Assembly (NCBI GenBank): GCA_003427395.1
Contig: BFEA01000034.1
Location: 2,991,755-3,047,874 of the forward strand
Direction: 5' to 3'
DNA: 56,120 nucleotides
DNA from: Chara braunii
Lineage: Eukaryota; Plantae; Charophyceae
The notes under the pieces were generated by a model. That model had not been told where the DNA came from. It saw only the letters and a program-made list of their open reading frames with translations, and searched no databases. This document shows positions 1 to 11,300 of this stretch, piece after piece (position 1 is the stretch's first letter; the number at the start of each line of letters is the position of its first letter). The position numbers were made by a program, and so were the translations under genes.

Positions 1-1136
1 AAATGAACGGGGCCTGTAAGCCCTAAGTTTTAGGCTTTTAGGCTGAATGTCCGGGACGGGCCCTGTAGGCCCGTGTGGCTACGCAGTATGCCACAATTGT
101 ACTACCTATCAAGAAGATAAAGGGACTCTCTTTGCAATGAACCCAGATCATGAAAACAGTCGTCAACAATGCAAGCCCAGATAAATGTCCATCGGCTGAT
201 GATTACTAATAGTCAAAATTGTAACCAGACAGAATGAGATGAGGTAATCATACACAGACGAAGAGAGAGGAGGGACAAAGGAGAGGAAAGTACAATGCCC
301 ACTCCTGCTTCGGGCTCCCTCCTCTACTACCACCTCAATAATCAATAGTCTGAACGAGTATCCGAAGTAGCCTCAATGTGCCATGTGGCACGTCTAATCA
401 GTCCCACATCAGCACTGGAGCAATGTTGACATGAAGACAGCCAGGTACGTATCCATGAACTCTTCACAGTCCTGATCTCCTCCTGAAGTGACGATGAAAC
501 AGAACAGCAATGCCAATCATGTAGTCCCAGCCATAGAACACGTGGCAGCAGCCACGTCAGCCAATGATACACGTGGCAGCAGCCACATCAGCAACAGCGC
601 ATGGCAGCTGCCACGTCAGCATGCCAAGAAGACAGGAGCAAGCCGGCCACCATGCCGGACTAGCAGCGCCTCGCCAAGTCACAATGCCAGCGTCGCAGCG
701 TTGAGCCAGCGTTGAAGTCAACGCGTGAAGTCAGCATCAACGCAAGACAGAATGAATGTCAAAGCCAGGAAGTCAGCGCTTATGTAGCGTTGACGCCGGG
801 TCTGGACCCCGGTTGCTGCATCAATCGTCCAGATCTCAATGCAAACGAGGGCCCAGATTGGACTGAAACCGAATTCCCTCCGGTCTGGATGCTGTCTGGG
901 TACCTGCGCACAACAAGTGAATGTATCCAACCAAGGGCCTGGGTGCGGTACCTTTGACTCTTCAGTTGACTTTGACCCTTGAATTTCCTGTGTGCAGTGT
1001 TCGGTCACACAGCCATTCGCGACAGACTCAGGCCTGGGCGTGTCTTGGTCACACAGCCCAGCGCAGACCATCTCAGGTCTGCGTTGCCTGGGGCTGACTT
1101 CTGGGCCCCAGGCTACTTCTGAACAGGGTTATTACA
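1..1136 (-). mobile_element. Probable LTR (partial; other end likely beyond the left edge of the window)
   Basis: Minus strand begins TGTAATAACCC at 1136, a typical Ty3/gypsy LTR 5' terminus; no credible ORF; short internal repeats (cacgtggcagcagccac x3 near 539-620). Partner terminus and TSD not visible. Confidence 0.4.
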
Positions 1137-1455
1137 CTCTTCTTCTAGAAAAATTATGACGTCTACCCAAGAATTCAGCATTTATCCCTAGGTCCCTCAC
1201 CAGAAGGGGTGGTACGAGCATCCCCATTTAGTGCGGCCTGGCATGAAGGCTCCATCTGTTTGTCGGGAGCTGCACCTGCTGGAAATTGGGTCCAGCGTCC
1301 CATTTGAACATTGAGTACAGATTGGCTCATGCCAGCTGTGGAGGGGGAACGCCTCTTCAACCTGTTACTGACCGCCTGATCTATCCCGTCCTTCCTGGCT
1401 GTTCCCCTTTTATATCTGCTGCTTTGATCATGTTCCAGATGCCCGCCTTTTGCTC

Positions 1456-1476
1456 AAACCCTAAACCCTAAACCCT
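1456..1476 (+). repeat. Short plant-type telomeric repeat (AAACCCT)3
   Basis: aaaccctaaaccctaaaccct read directly. Confidence 0.8.
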
Positions 1477-1603
1477 CGTCCCACATCCCTCTCTCCCCTC
1501 TACTGCCCCTAACCCCCGCCCCGCCTAACCAACCCAATACCCTGGTCCCTTATCCCTCTCCCCCCTTCCACTGCCCCAAACCCACTCCTTCCCACCAAAT
1601 TCA

Positions 1604-2090
1604 AGGGGGAAGGGGGGAACTGGTCAGGGTATGCAGAGAGGGGACGCAGGGAAACGTATGGGTCGACTGTAGTCTAATAGTTGAAGCTGAGGTGGTAATC
1701 TCTGATTATCTTCTCTTGGTCCTCCCCTTGTTCCCCTTTCCATATTACCTTCCCAATGCATCCCCAATTTGTTCCCCCAAGCCAGCAGCAATTGATTGTT
1801 GGATGATGTCTTGGATTTCCTTCCATGAGTGGAGATGTTCAATCTGTGCTTTCACACCTTCCCATGCGATGTCATTTTGTACCTGTTGTTCAATAGAGTC
1901 AGTGAAGTTTGGGCCATCTAGTCCCACCCGTTCCAAAACCAACTCCTGCTCACCAAGCTCAAGGGAGAGGGGGGGAACAGGTCAGGGAATGCAGAGAGGG
2001 GGCGCCGTGAAACGGATGGGTCGACTGTAGTCTAATCGTTGAAGCCGAGGTGGCAATCCCTGGTTATCTTCTCTTGGTCCTCCCCTTGTT
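1604..2090. repeat. Direct duplication of about 125 bp (about 1604-1732 and 1961-2090) at the LINE ORF2 C-terminus
   Basis: Both copies encode TRGGPREDNQxLPPxLQxLDYSRPIRFxAxPLCIP* on the minus strand. Confidence 0.85.
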
Positions 2091-3218
2091 CGTGGGTGCA
2101 ACGCTGCCACCAGACGGCCCAAAAGACAGCCCTTCTCCCTATCTTGAACAGGTTCTGTGAAGTTTTTGGGCTGATCGGGGTGCCATGTTTCGTAGAGCAG
2201 CACCCACCAGTCCCGTGGGCATGTATGGGATGGTCCCAGCTGGCTCCATATCCGGTCCCACCACCTCCAGATCCAGATGGCCCCGGAGCATTGCACAAAT
2301 CTGTGCTCAATTGTTCCTGAAAATTTTATAGTTGGGAATGCGGTGCTGGAAAATTTGCACCAGGGCATGGCCACCCCCCACTGCTCCAGTGAAGTCCTGT
2401 CAATTAGCCAGTCATTGGTCAGTAGGCAGCGGTGGTCCACCTGCCATTGCGGAGAGGCTACCTTGGCTGGCTTCTCTCTGATGGTGCGGAACCATCTAAC
2501 TGGGTGCAGGGTCTCCTTGCTGACGTTGAGGTGTCGCATCCATCGGATCTCCACCTGATTCTGGAGGTTGACTCTGGGTTTGAGCATTCTATAGGCCGCT
2601 TGACTGAAAGGGTGTGAAGGGCCCTGGTGCAGGACCTGCCCTGCCCAATTGGACTTGTCCAGGTCCAGCTGGCCGGGTCCAGGGGGAGCTGCTCAATAGA
2701 GGTGTCGGGTTTGAAGGCCAACCATGTCCTTGTCCTACATAACCCTGATTCTGAACAGCTCTGGTTGCTAGAACCAGGTCGTCTCCTCTGGCTGTAGTCT
2801 GTGGACGGTGTTAGAACTCTGAAAGGATCTTCCAGTCTGGGTGTTTGTCTACTACCTGGCCAATTCTGCAGGGGTGGTCCTGTATGGCCACCCAGTCACT
2901 TTCCTGGAGGGTCGAGCCCCCGCGTCGGATGCGAACCAAGTCCAGGGGGATCCTGTCCATCATATTCTCAAGTGTATCTGCTGGATGGTGGCAGTAGCAT
3001 AGTCTGGCCTTAATATTCGATGGGGTTTGTCAGTCATTTGCTTCTCGGTTCCAGATGTCCCCCACTGTGAATATTTCTTTCTTGATCCATCCGCTCCAGG
3101 GTGGGTCCATGCAATGCAGGACCCTCCCGTGTGAATCAGCGATCCGAATGTTATTAAAGAGGGGTTGCTGACACACCTCTTCCCACCTTTTGGGGGGCAG
3201 TCTGCCCCATATCTTGAT

Positions 3219-3550
3219 GAAAAGAACTACTCTATATTCTTCACTCATATACCTCACTCTACCGGCCTACCTACATATATGTCCAGGGGATGCTCAAGGT
3301 TATGGGTTGAGTTTTCCAGCCTTCCCAGCCTATTCTGCTCTATGCGGGGAGCAGTACCCCGGCTCATAACACCTCGCATGAGCTGGAAAGCCACACAACT
3401 TCCACAACAAGCCAGGAGGCCCAAGCCAAATATCTCCGCTGGTGAACCTGAAGCGCATCACAGGGTGCCGTGGGGGATCGAATGGATGAGGTCGGGAATC
3501 GAACCGACGACCTCCTGAATACCACTTACGTGCTCAACCAACCGAGCTTG
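3219..3550 (-). mobile_element. tRNA-derived SINE inserted in the LINE
   Basis: Minus-strand head AAGCTCGGTTGG (A box) ... GGTTCGATTCC (B box); tail GAAGAATATAG shared with the other SINE copies; flanking direct repeat cccRtatcttgat at 3206-3218 and 3551-3563 (12/13). Confidence 0.8.
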
Positions 3551-4196
3551 CCCGTATCTTGATCCAATTTGGCCAGAACGGGTCTTCTTGGAGATCTGCT
3601 TCTGATGCCTGGTGGTTGAAGTCTTGGGGGTGGCCGTATGGGTGTGTCTGTCCCCTCGGAATTGGCCATGACCGGTTCTCCAGCCACATCACCAAGTCAG
3701 TTCCAGGTGGGGCAGTGGGCACTAGACGGCTGATCTACTCTCAGGCTATTGCAGCCCATGGGTTCTAGGGGCTGAACAGCGACCGCTTGATCCATTGCAG
3801 GGCCAGTGCCATGGCTTGTGTGGCTAGGACTATGATGCCCATCCCTCCTTTGGATTTTGGCTGGATTATTGATTCCCATGCCACTCGGCTAATTACCCTT
3901 TCCTGTTCGTGGTTCCCTCACCATAGGTAGGCTGCTACTTGGTGCTGCACGGATCGGATTGCAGATTTGTCTAATGCCCAAATTGCTGACTTGTACCAAA
4001 GAGAAGCCAACACTGCATTGTTGATGGCAAGGGCACAACTGAGGAGGGATGAGTGGTTGTCCCTCCACAGGTTCAGTTTTTCCAGGGCCGGTTAACTATC
4101 CACTCATTGTTATTAGTTGGTCTGCCTTCTGCAGTCAGGGAGATCCTCCAGACTGGGATGGCAGCCTCCATTGGGAGCCACTTCACTTGAGGTTGC

Positions 4197-4690
4197 TCAA
4201 GGGGTCCGACTCCCTGGTGGTGGATGCACCATCCTAATCCTCATGTTTGACAGTGTGCGGACGCGGTCCATCATGTGCTGAATTTCTGCCAAGTTGTTTG
4301 GGGATGCCTCTACCATAAGCGTCAAGTCGTCTGCGAAGAGTGAGCAGACTGAGACTGCCTCCTGTGGAATGGAAGAGACTTGGATTCTTTTAATGCCCTT
4401 GTGGGCTCTTAGGTTCGCTGCCAGGGCCTCCGTAACTATGACAAAGAGGAAGGGGGAAATGGGTTCTCCCTGTCTCACCGAGCGTTGCAGTGGTATAGGC
4501 GGCACCAATTTTCCATTGACCATGACTCTCATTGACATGGAGAATTTCCACCTATCTACGGAAGTACAGCCCAAAAGGGCCAAAACCCATTTTCTCTAGG
4601 CACTTATCCAAGAAGAACCAGTCCACATGATCGCACGCTTTCTCAAAATCAGCAAAGATAAACGTTGCGTTATGTTTGGACTGACGAGCG
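4197..4690 (-). pseudogene. Non-LTR reverse transcriptase fragment (frameshifted)
   Basis: DFEKA, QGxPxSPxLF and FADD motifs split across two frames. Confidence 0.9.
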
Positions 4691-4812
4691 AGCTTCATCA
4701 ATTTGTTGATTAATAGAACAAGTGGACTCGCCGCAGCGTAGCTGCGGTGATGGGGAAGGGGGAGGGGGAGGGGAAGAGGGCAAGGAGACGGCCGTTGAGG
4801 AGGGGGAGAGGA

Positions 4813-4879
<67 letters not shown>

Positions 4880-5185
4880 TCCCGTCCACTCCTCCCCCGC
4901 CCCACCCTCTCCTCTATTCCCTCCTTTCGCTTTTCGTACCCGCCTCCACACGTTTGTTAACTCCACCTCCCCGTTTTCAGTTGTTCCTTCTCCTGTTCCT
5001 CCTGCTCCTCCTCCCGCTCCTCCTCCCGCTCCTCTTGTTCCTCCTCCCCCCTTCCTCTTCCCGCCCCTTCTCTCGCTCATTCTCCCCCACCTCCTCCTGC
5101 TCCTCGCCCGCTCTTCCTCCTCCTTCCGCACCTCCTCCCGCTCCTTCTCCCGCTGCTTCTCCCGCCTCCTTTTCCTTTTTCCCCC
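4813..5185. repeat. (GT)n(GA)n microsatellite followed by a CCT-rich polypyrimidine low-complexity tract
   Basis: Read directly; explains the spurious RE-, SL- and P-rich ORFs here. Confidence 0.9.
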
Positions 5186-5477
5186 CAATCAATCAATCAA
5201 TCAATCGATTGGTTGATTGATTGATTGATTGATTGAAAAACAAAAAACACCGACCGGTTGTTTCGTGAGGCGACACGGCGGCGGTCGTGGGAGATGGTGG
5301 TGCAGTCTTCCGGTGAAGTGGGGGCAGTTGGAGGTCCTAGCGGGGTTTCCAGTATAGGAAAGTTTTGTTATTATCTAACCGTTCATCGCATAGGGGGATG
5401 GACGGATCTTGTTCCCTTTTCGGTTCATTTTTAGAATTTTTTTTTAAAGGGGCGATCTTTCTTTCTCTTTTTCTTCG

Positions 5478-5509
<32 letters not shown>

Positions 5510-5643
5510 GTCAATCAATCAACCCACTCCCGTGCCTCCCATCAACCTTCCACCCACCTGATTTTTCCAAACAGAAAACGAAAAATCGGTCAATCAATCA
5601 ATCAATTTATCAATGAAATTGATTGATTGATTGATTGATTGAT
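5186..5643. repeat. (TCAA)n/(TTGA)n tetranucleotide arrays, two in inverted arrangement
   Basis: caatc..atcgat..gattg at 5186-5235, (tcaa)n at 5478-5522, tcaa..ttga at 5590-5643. Confidence 0.85.
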
Positions 5644-5644
5644 C

Positions 5645-5698
<54 letters not shown>

Positions 5699-6519
5699 NN
5701 NNNNNNNNNNNNNNNNNNNNNNNNNNNNNNNNNNNNNNNNNNNNNNNNNNNNNNNNNNNNNNNNNNNNNNNNNNNNNNNNNNNNNNNNNNNNNNNNNNNN
5801 NNNNNNNNNNNNNNNNNNNNNNNNNNNNNNNNNNNNNNNNNNNNNNNNNNNNNNNNNNNNNNNNNNNNNNNNNNNNNNNNNNNNNNNNNNNNNNNNNNNN
5901 NNNNNNNNNNNNNNNNNNNNNNNNNNNNNNNNNNNNNNNNNNNNNNNNNNNNNNNNNNNNNNNNNNNNNNNNNNNNNNNNNNNNNNNNNNNNNNNNNNNN
6001 NNNNNNNNNNNNNNNNNNNNNNNNNNNNNNNNNNNNNNNNNNNNNNNNNNNNNNNNNNNNNNNNNNNNNNNNNNNNNNNNNNNNNNNNNNNNNNNNNNNN
6101 NNNNNNNNNNNNNNNNNNNNNNNNNNNNNNNNNNNNNNNNNNNNNNNNNNNNNNNNNNNNNNNNNNNNNNNNNNNNNNNNNNNNNNNNNNNNNNNNNNNN
6201 NNNNNNNNNNNNNNNNNNNNNNNNNNNNNNNNNNNNNNNNNNNNNNNNNNNNNNNNNNNNNNNNNNNNNNNNNNNNNNNNNNNNNNNNNNNNNNNNNNNN
6301 NNNNNNNNNNNNNNNNNNNNNNNNNNNNNNNNNNNNNNNNNNNNNNNNNNNNNNNNNNNNNNNNNNNNNNNNNNNNNNNNNNNNNNNNNNNCCCTCCCGA
6401 ACTCCCTCACACCCCCCCCATCCCTAAAAGCTTCTCAGTGGATTTGGGCTGTACTCAGCAAGTGCAGTACAGCCCCCAACTCAGATTTGAAAAAAAAAAC
6501 AGTGGATGACTGTTTTCTG

Positions 6520-6611
6520 ACTGGTCGGCAGACCGCCAACCGGTCGGCCCTACTGGTCCGCTGCAAAACGGTAGGCGGTCAGGGTCGGTGGTCGGCAGCT
6601 ATGCAACCCTG
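6520..6611. mobile_element. Right end of an hAT-like non-autonomous element (left end probably in the gap)
   Basis: Ends TGCAACCCTG (reverse complement CAGGGTTGCA), the same CAGGGTTG terminus as the MITE at 18784; clustered ggtcgg/accg subterminal motifs. Confidence 0.5.
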
Positions 6612-6989
6612 GCTGTAGGGGAAAATCTCGGCCACCTGCTTGGCCCCTTGTAGTTCATCTGACATTAGGATGAGATCTATGCCACTATGGGGGATTTAGA
6701 GGCCATTTCTGTTTGGCTCTTGTGGAAGCATGTGTATCCACGCTGGGTTGGGGATGACCTTCTGAAAGTGTTATAGAAATTGAGTGACTAGCATAGGTCC
6801 GTGATAATGTTTTCATTCGTTTCCACGTATGAAGGGCATGGGGAGAGGACCTGCCGACAGTTGAGCCTACCATCAGGGGTGGCATTGAAATCCCAGCTAT
6901 AACCACCGGGATTCCAACTGGCGGTTTGGTTTTGATATCTTCGAAAAAGGGCTATTGCTCCCTTGCCTCATTGGGGCCGTATACACTTC

Positions 6990-7158
6990 TTTATTTTATT
7001 TTATAGAAACGCATGCAGTCCGTACTAGGGGGGGGTGATATGAGCGACCCTCCCTGGTAAGCTCCGCTGGCTGCTCCATTTATTATTGGGGAGCTGCACC
7101 TGCTGGAAACCGGGTCCGGCGTCCCTTTTACAGAATGATTACAATGATTACAAATGAG
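6990..7158 (-). mobile_element. LINE 3' end, split from its 5' part (16061-17010) by the gypsy insertion
   Basis: T-rich run near 6990-7004 (A-rich tail on minus) and the conserved 3' motif at 7073-7125; the partner motif lies at about 16084-16130 on the far side of the LTR element. Confidence 0.65.
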
Positions 7159-8277
7159 TGCAAGGAAAATGAGCGAGAGCGATAGACAGAAATCCAAATT
7201 GCAAAATCACGCTGAAGTCCAGATACTCATGTACCAAGCAGAGAGCACAAAGCACCAAGATAACATCCAAATAAGAGCAATACAATGAGCTCAAATGTCA
7301 ATGCTGATGCTCTCTGGCCACACCAACATAGTATCCAATGTCGCTCCTACTGTCTGGCGCCCAGTGCCCAGCCTACACTAACTCAGCCTATGTATCCTAT
7401 CTACGTTCATGCAACAGGATCACTTCGACGTTGAAGACCAGTGTACGTGACGTCAACACCAATGCAGACCGCCTGCATACACCAGGTACGTTCTCTCTCC
7501 TCCCCTCACCACACCCTGTCTCCCCTCTGCATGTGCCTCCTACCCGAGGACCACCATCGCCATCACCTGCTACCACACGCTTGGCTTGGCTATGGCCGCC
7601 GTGCGCCCGCTGCCACCGCAGCGCCCTCTCACCTCTTAGCCCCCGCGTGTGCCCCAGCCTGCCTACTTAGTGCAGCATCGCACAGAAAAGCAGCAGCGTG
7701 GCCGCAATGCCTGCTCAGGCCAGCATGCCTTGCCCAGGGGAGACTTTCCTTTATGGAAAGTTTGCCCAGCTGCTGGCTGGTCTGGGCCAGGCGTGTAGGG
7801 GCCCACTAGCTTCCAGTTGGCCCAAAGTGTCTGCGCCCAGGCCCAGTTTCAGATACTGGCCTGGGCCTTGTGCAGTTAGGCACATCCAGGTAGCCCTCCA
7901 GGCTCCAAGTGTTTGCCGCGTTCTCATTGGCTCATGGTAGATGTGTGATGACAATGCTGCATTCTCATTGGTCCACGACCACTGCGTGATGTGTCGGCCT
8001 TCCGCTGCGTGTGCCCAGGGTGCGACCTGCTGAGCCCTAGGATCAACTGTACAGCGCAGCTGTTGCTTCTGGAAGGAGCCACAGATGGCTCACGTTCCTT
8101 TGTAACTAACTGTGTGCTGCAACTGTCTGATACCCCACATACGAAAAATGTTGGAAATAAGCGTCTTGTGGATGTACAGGCCTGCCTTCACTTAGGGCAG
8201 GCACGAGGCTTGCTGGGGGCCACAGCCCAGAACATTTGCATGCCCAAGAAAGACCTCACGAGGGCTCATTCCTTGCA
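7159..8277 (-). repeat. 3' LTR
   Basis: tgcaaggaa(7159)...ttccttgca(8277); aligns with 14961-16060 with scattered substitutions and indels. Confidence 0.95.
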
Positions 8278-8290
8278 TTCTATCCCCCTT
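8278..8290 (-). other. Polypurine tract
   Basis: AAGGGGGATAGAA on minus, abutting the 3' LTR. Confidence 0.85.
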
Positions 8291-8316
8291 AGCTTCGAAA
8301 GTCCACTGAGATGCTT

Positions 8317-11300
8317 CTATGCAGGTGCTTTCCCCTTCAACTTTCGTTCATACTCTGTCACGATCTGAGGTGCTGTTCTGGCAAGCTCCTCTCTTGTAAA
8401 CCAATGACCTTCTTTTGGATCTGTATGATGCCTGAACCTGACCCGGTACTCCCTCATAGGCTTGGGCGGTCCTCCTCTGCCCACAGGCTTGGGAACAGGC
8501 AAGTCTCTGTGTTACAAAATGTCCTCGACGTCGTCCATCCGTGGTTGGGGCCAGCATTGAGATTCTCGATGGAAAGTCACCAGTTTCAGCGAAAGGTGCA
8601 AGCTTGGAAGCATGGAATACGGGGTAAGTGCACAGATGACCAGGGATTCTTATTACGTACGAGTCCATCCAAATTGCTACCCACAATATCGAGGACTTCC
8701 CAAAGACCCAAATACTGTGCCATTAGCTTTCTAGAGATGCCGAATTCCTGTCCTAGCTCACTAGCCTTGACCTTGACACATTCCCCTACCTGAAATGCGG
8801 ACTGCCGTCCGTGCTTGTTTTTGAAGGCAATCATTGCCTCCTGTGATTTTCTAATATGCTCGACCTGCTGCAACAGTTTCTCATATTGGGCACCAAATTC
8901 AATGGTTCCAGGGTTTGCAGCTGGTCGTTTTTCAGGAAAGAGGAAGTCTAATGCAGACCTAGGTTTCCACCCCAAATACAACTCATTCAGACATACGCCC
9001 GTGGTGCTGTGAACAACATTGTTGTACAGGCTGGCGATGAGAGGTAACTTCTCATCCCAATCATCCTGGCTGGGTTTGATGTAATGCCTCAGCAGGTGCT
9101 GCACCACGCAGTTCATCTGTTCCGCTTGGCCATTGGTTTCGGGATGATTTCACGATGTCATTTGGAGTTGGCTGCCCATTTGTTCAGCAGCCTTCTTCCA
9201 CATTTCACTTGTGAAACTGACAACTCTATCGCTAACTAAAAACTTGGGCAGTCCAATGTCACGCACCCAGTTATCAATGAATAACTTGATGACGTGTTCT
9301 ACCCTCGTTGTCTCTGGCATGGCAATTAGTCTAGCATACTTGATAAACCAATCTACTATGACAAAGATATGCCTCTTACTGCTCTTGCTGGTCACAAGGG
9401 TGACCATGAAGTCCATGGAAACGCTCAGTCCCGGACCAGCAGGAATGGGCAAGGGCTTGGGTAACCCAAGCGGGGCTTGGGTTCAAGGCTTGCCCCGCTG
9501 ACAGACTTGATAAGTCTGGACGTATTTCTTCGCATCGTCAAGCATACCAGGCCACCAAAAACTTTGTACCAGACTAGCACTAGTCTTCTTGTAGCCAAAA
9601 GGCCCTGTCTGTGTATGATGTCCATCATGACAAGATCTTCCTTATAGGCATCCACCAATGATCGAGTTACATTGTCCGATAAGCCAAACTCAATAATTTG
9701 CACACCTAGGAAGTCTGCCCTACGCGACAACGCATCAATAACCTTCACATAGTCTAGTTTGAAGTCATACTGATCTATGGCCTCAATCCAGCGTTTAAGT
9801 GCATCGGAGAGAACCGGTCGCGTCTTGATCCACTTGAGGGTCTGATGGCCAGTTCTCAAATAGAAGAACCTTCCCAACAGATAATGCTTCCAGTGGACAA
9901 GAGTATTGTAAAGGGCATAGAGTTCCCTTTTGTAGGTGGATTTCGCCAACTTCTTGGATGACATCTTCTTGCTCGTGTACTTGATTGGCCTCAACTTCTT
10001 CCCTTCCTAATGAGCCAGCACTGCGCCAATGCCATATTGGCTTGCATCAGTGGTCACGATGAATGGGTTCTCAAGATTAGGAAGCATGAGAATGTCATGA
10101 TGCATGAGGGCGTACTTCAAACGTTTGAAGGCTCAGTCACATTTTTTAATGTTTGTCCATTCTCATGGTGTGTCAAGGCATGTTAGATCAGTCAAAGGGG
10201 TGACCATTGTACTATAGTTTTTTACGAAGTTGCGGTAGTAGTCATCATCCCTAAGAAAGATCTGACCTCGGTCACATACTTCGGTCATGGCCAGTCACGA
10301 ATGCTAGCCACCTTTGCATCTTCGGGCCTAACTCCATCCGCGGATACTTCGTGACCTGAGTGCAAGATCTTAGTGCGTCCGAACCTGATTGATCTTATAC
10401 TTGTGTTGTCCAAGGAGGCATAGCACAAGCTCTAAGTTGTGTGCATGCTCCTCAACAGTCTTACTAAAGATAAGAATATCGTTGAGGTAAACGACAATAA
10501 ACTTATCCAAGTAGTCATGGAATACCCTATCCATGGCGTGTTGGAATGTACCCGGCGCATTGCAAAGGCCAAAAGGCGTCACCACAAACTCGTACAAACT
10601 ATACTTGGTCTGAAATGCGGTTTTGTGTTGATCTTCTGGTCTAATGGCAATTTGATGCTAGTCAGACTTTAAATCTATTTTTGTGAAGTACTTACATCCT
10701 TGCACCCTATCAAATAGGTTGTCGATGCGTGGAAGAGGCTCGACGTTCTTAACAGTGATGGCATTCGGGACTCTATAATCAATGCACATCCTCAATGATC
10801 TTCCCTTCTTCGGAACAAATAAAACTGGTGATCCGAAAGGGGAAGTGCTAGGCCGTATCCAACCCTTTTGTGTGAGCTCTTTCAGTTGTCGACAAATCTC
10901 ATCCAACTCGGTCGGAGTCATCCTCTAAATTCTTCCCTTTGGCGTTGTACTGCCTGGGATTATATCTATGGCATGGACAACCTCCTTGTTTACGACTCCT
11001 GAAGGCTCCTCAAACAGGTCGGGGTACTTAGCAATAACAACTTCTATCTCTGGGGGTGATTTAACGGCTTCCCCTTTCTCAAAGACAAAAACTAAGTACA
11101 TAACCTCCTTTTGGTTCTGTTTATAATAATTGTAGAATGTTGATGCACACATACAACCGTAAGTGTCTATCAAACCGCTAGCCATTGTCCTCCCTTCCAA
11201 CAACACATGCTTAAGCACCTTTCGGTCCCAGTCGAACTGGGACTTTGCAACCTCGAGGTAGTACATACCTAACAACATGTCGAATCGCAAGTTGTCGCGA

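Larger units (their letters stand above)
1175..4720 (-). mobile_element. 5'-truncated, degenerate L1/Tx1-clade LINE (RT to 3' UTR), interrupted by a SINE
   Basis: RT motifs ADFEKACDHVDWFFL (ORF 4552-4905) and VRQGEPISPFLF...LFADDLTL (ORF 4197-4583); downstream ORF2 remnants such as QPLFNNIRI (3030-3257) parallel QPLFCNPWI in the LINE at 49772-50806; many frameshifts and stops. Confidence 0.85.

Noticed and set aside
196-220. Hammerhead ribozyme cores at CTGATGA sites (also 36824-36830 and 47422-47429 on minus)
   Set aside because: No correctly placed GAAA or three-stem junction in the sites I inspected.
4670-6618. Long ORFs in low-complexity DNA or spanning N gaps (also 17014-17366, 18346-19976, 20382-20748, 26240-27789)
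   Set aside because: Products of microsatellites and N runs.
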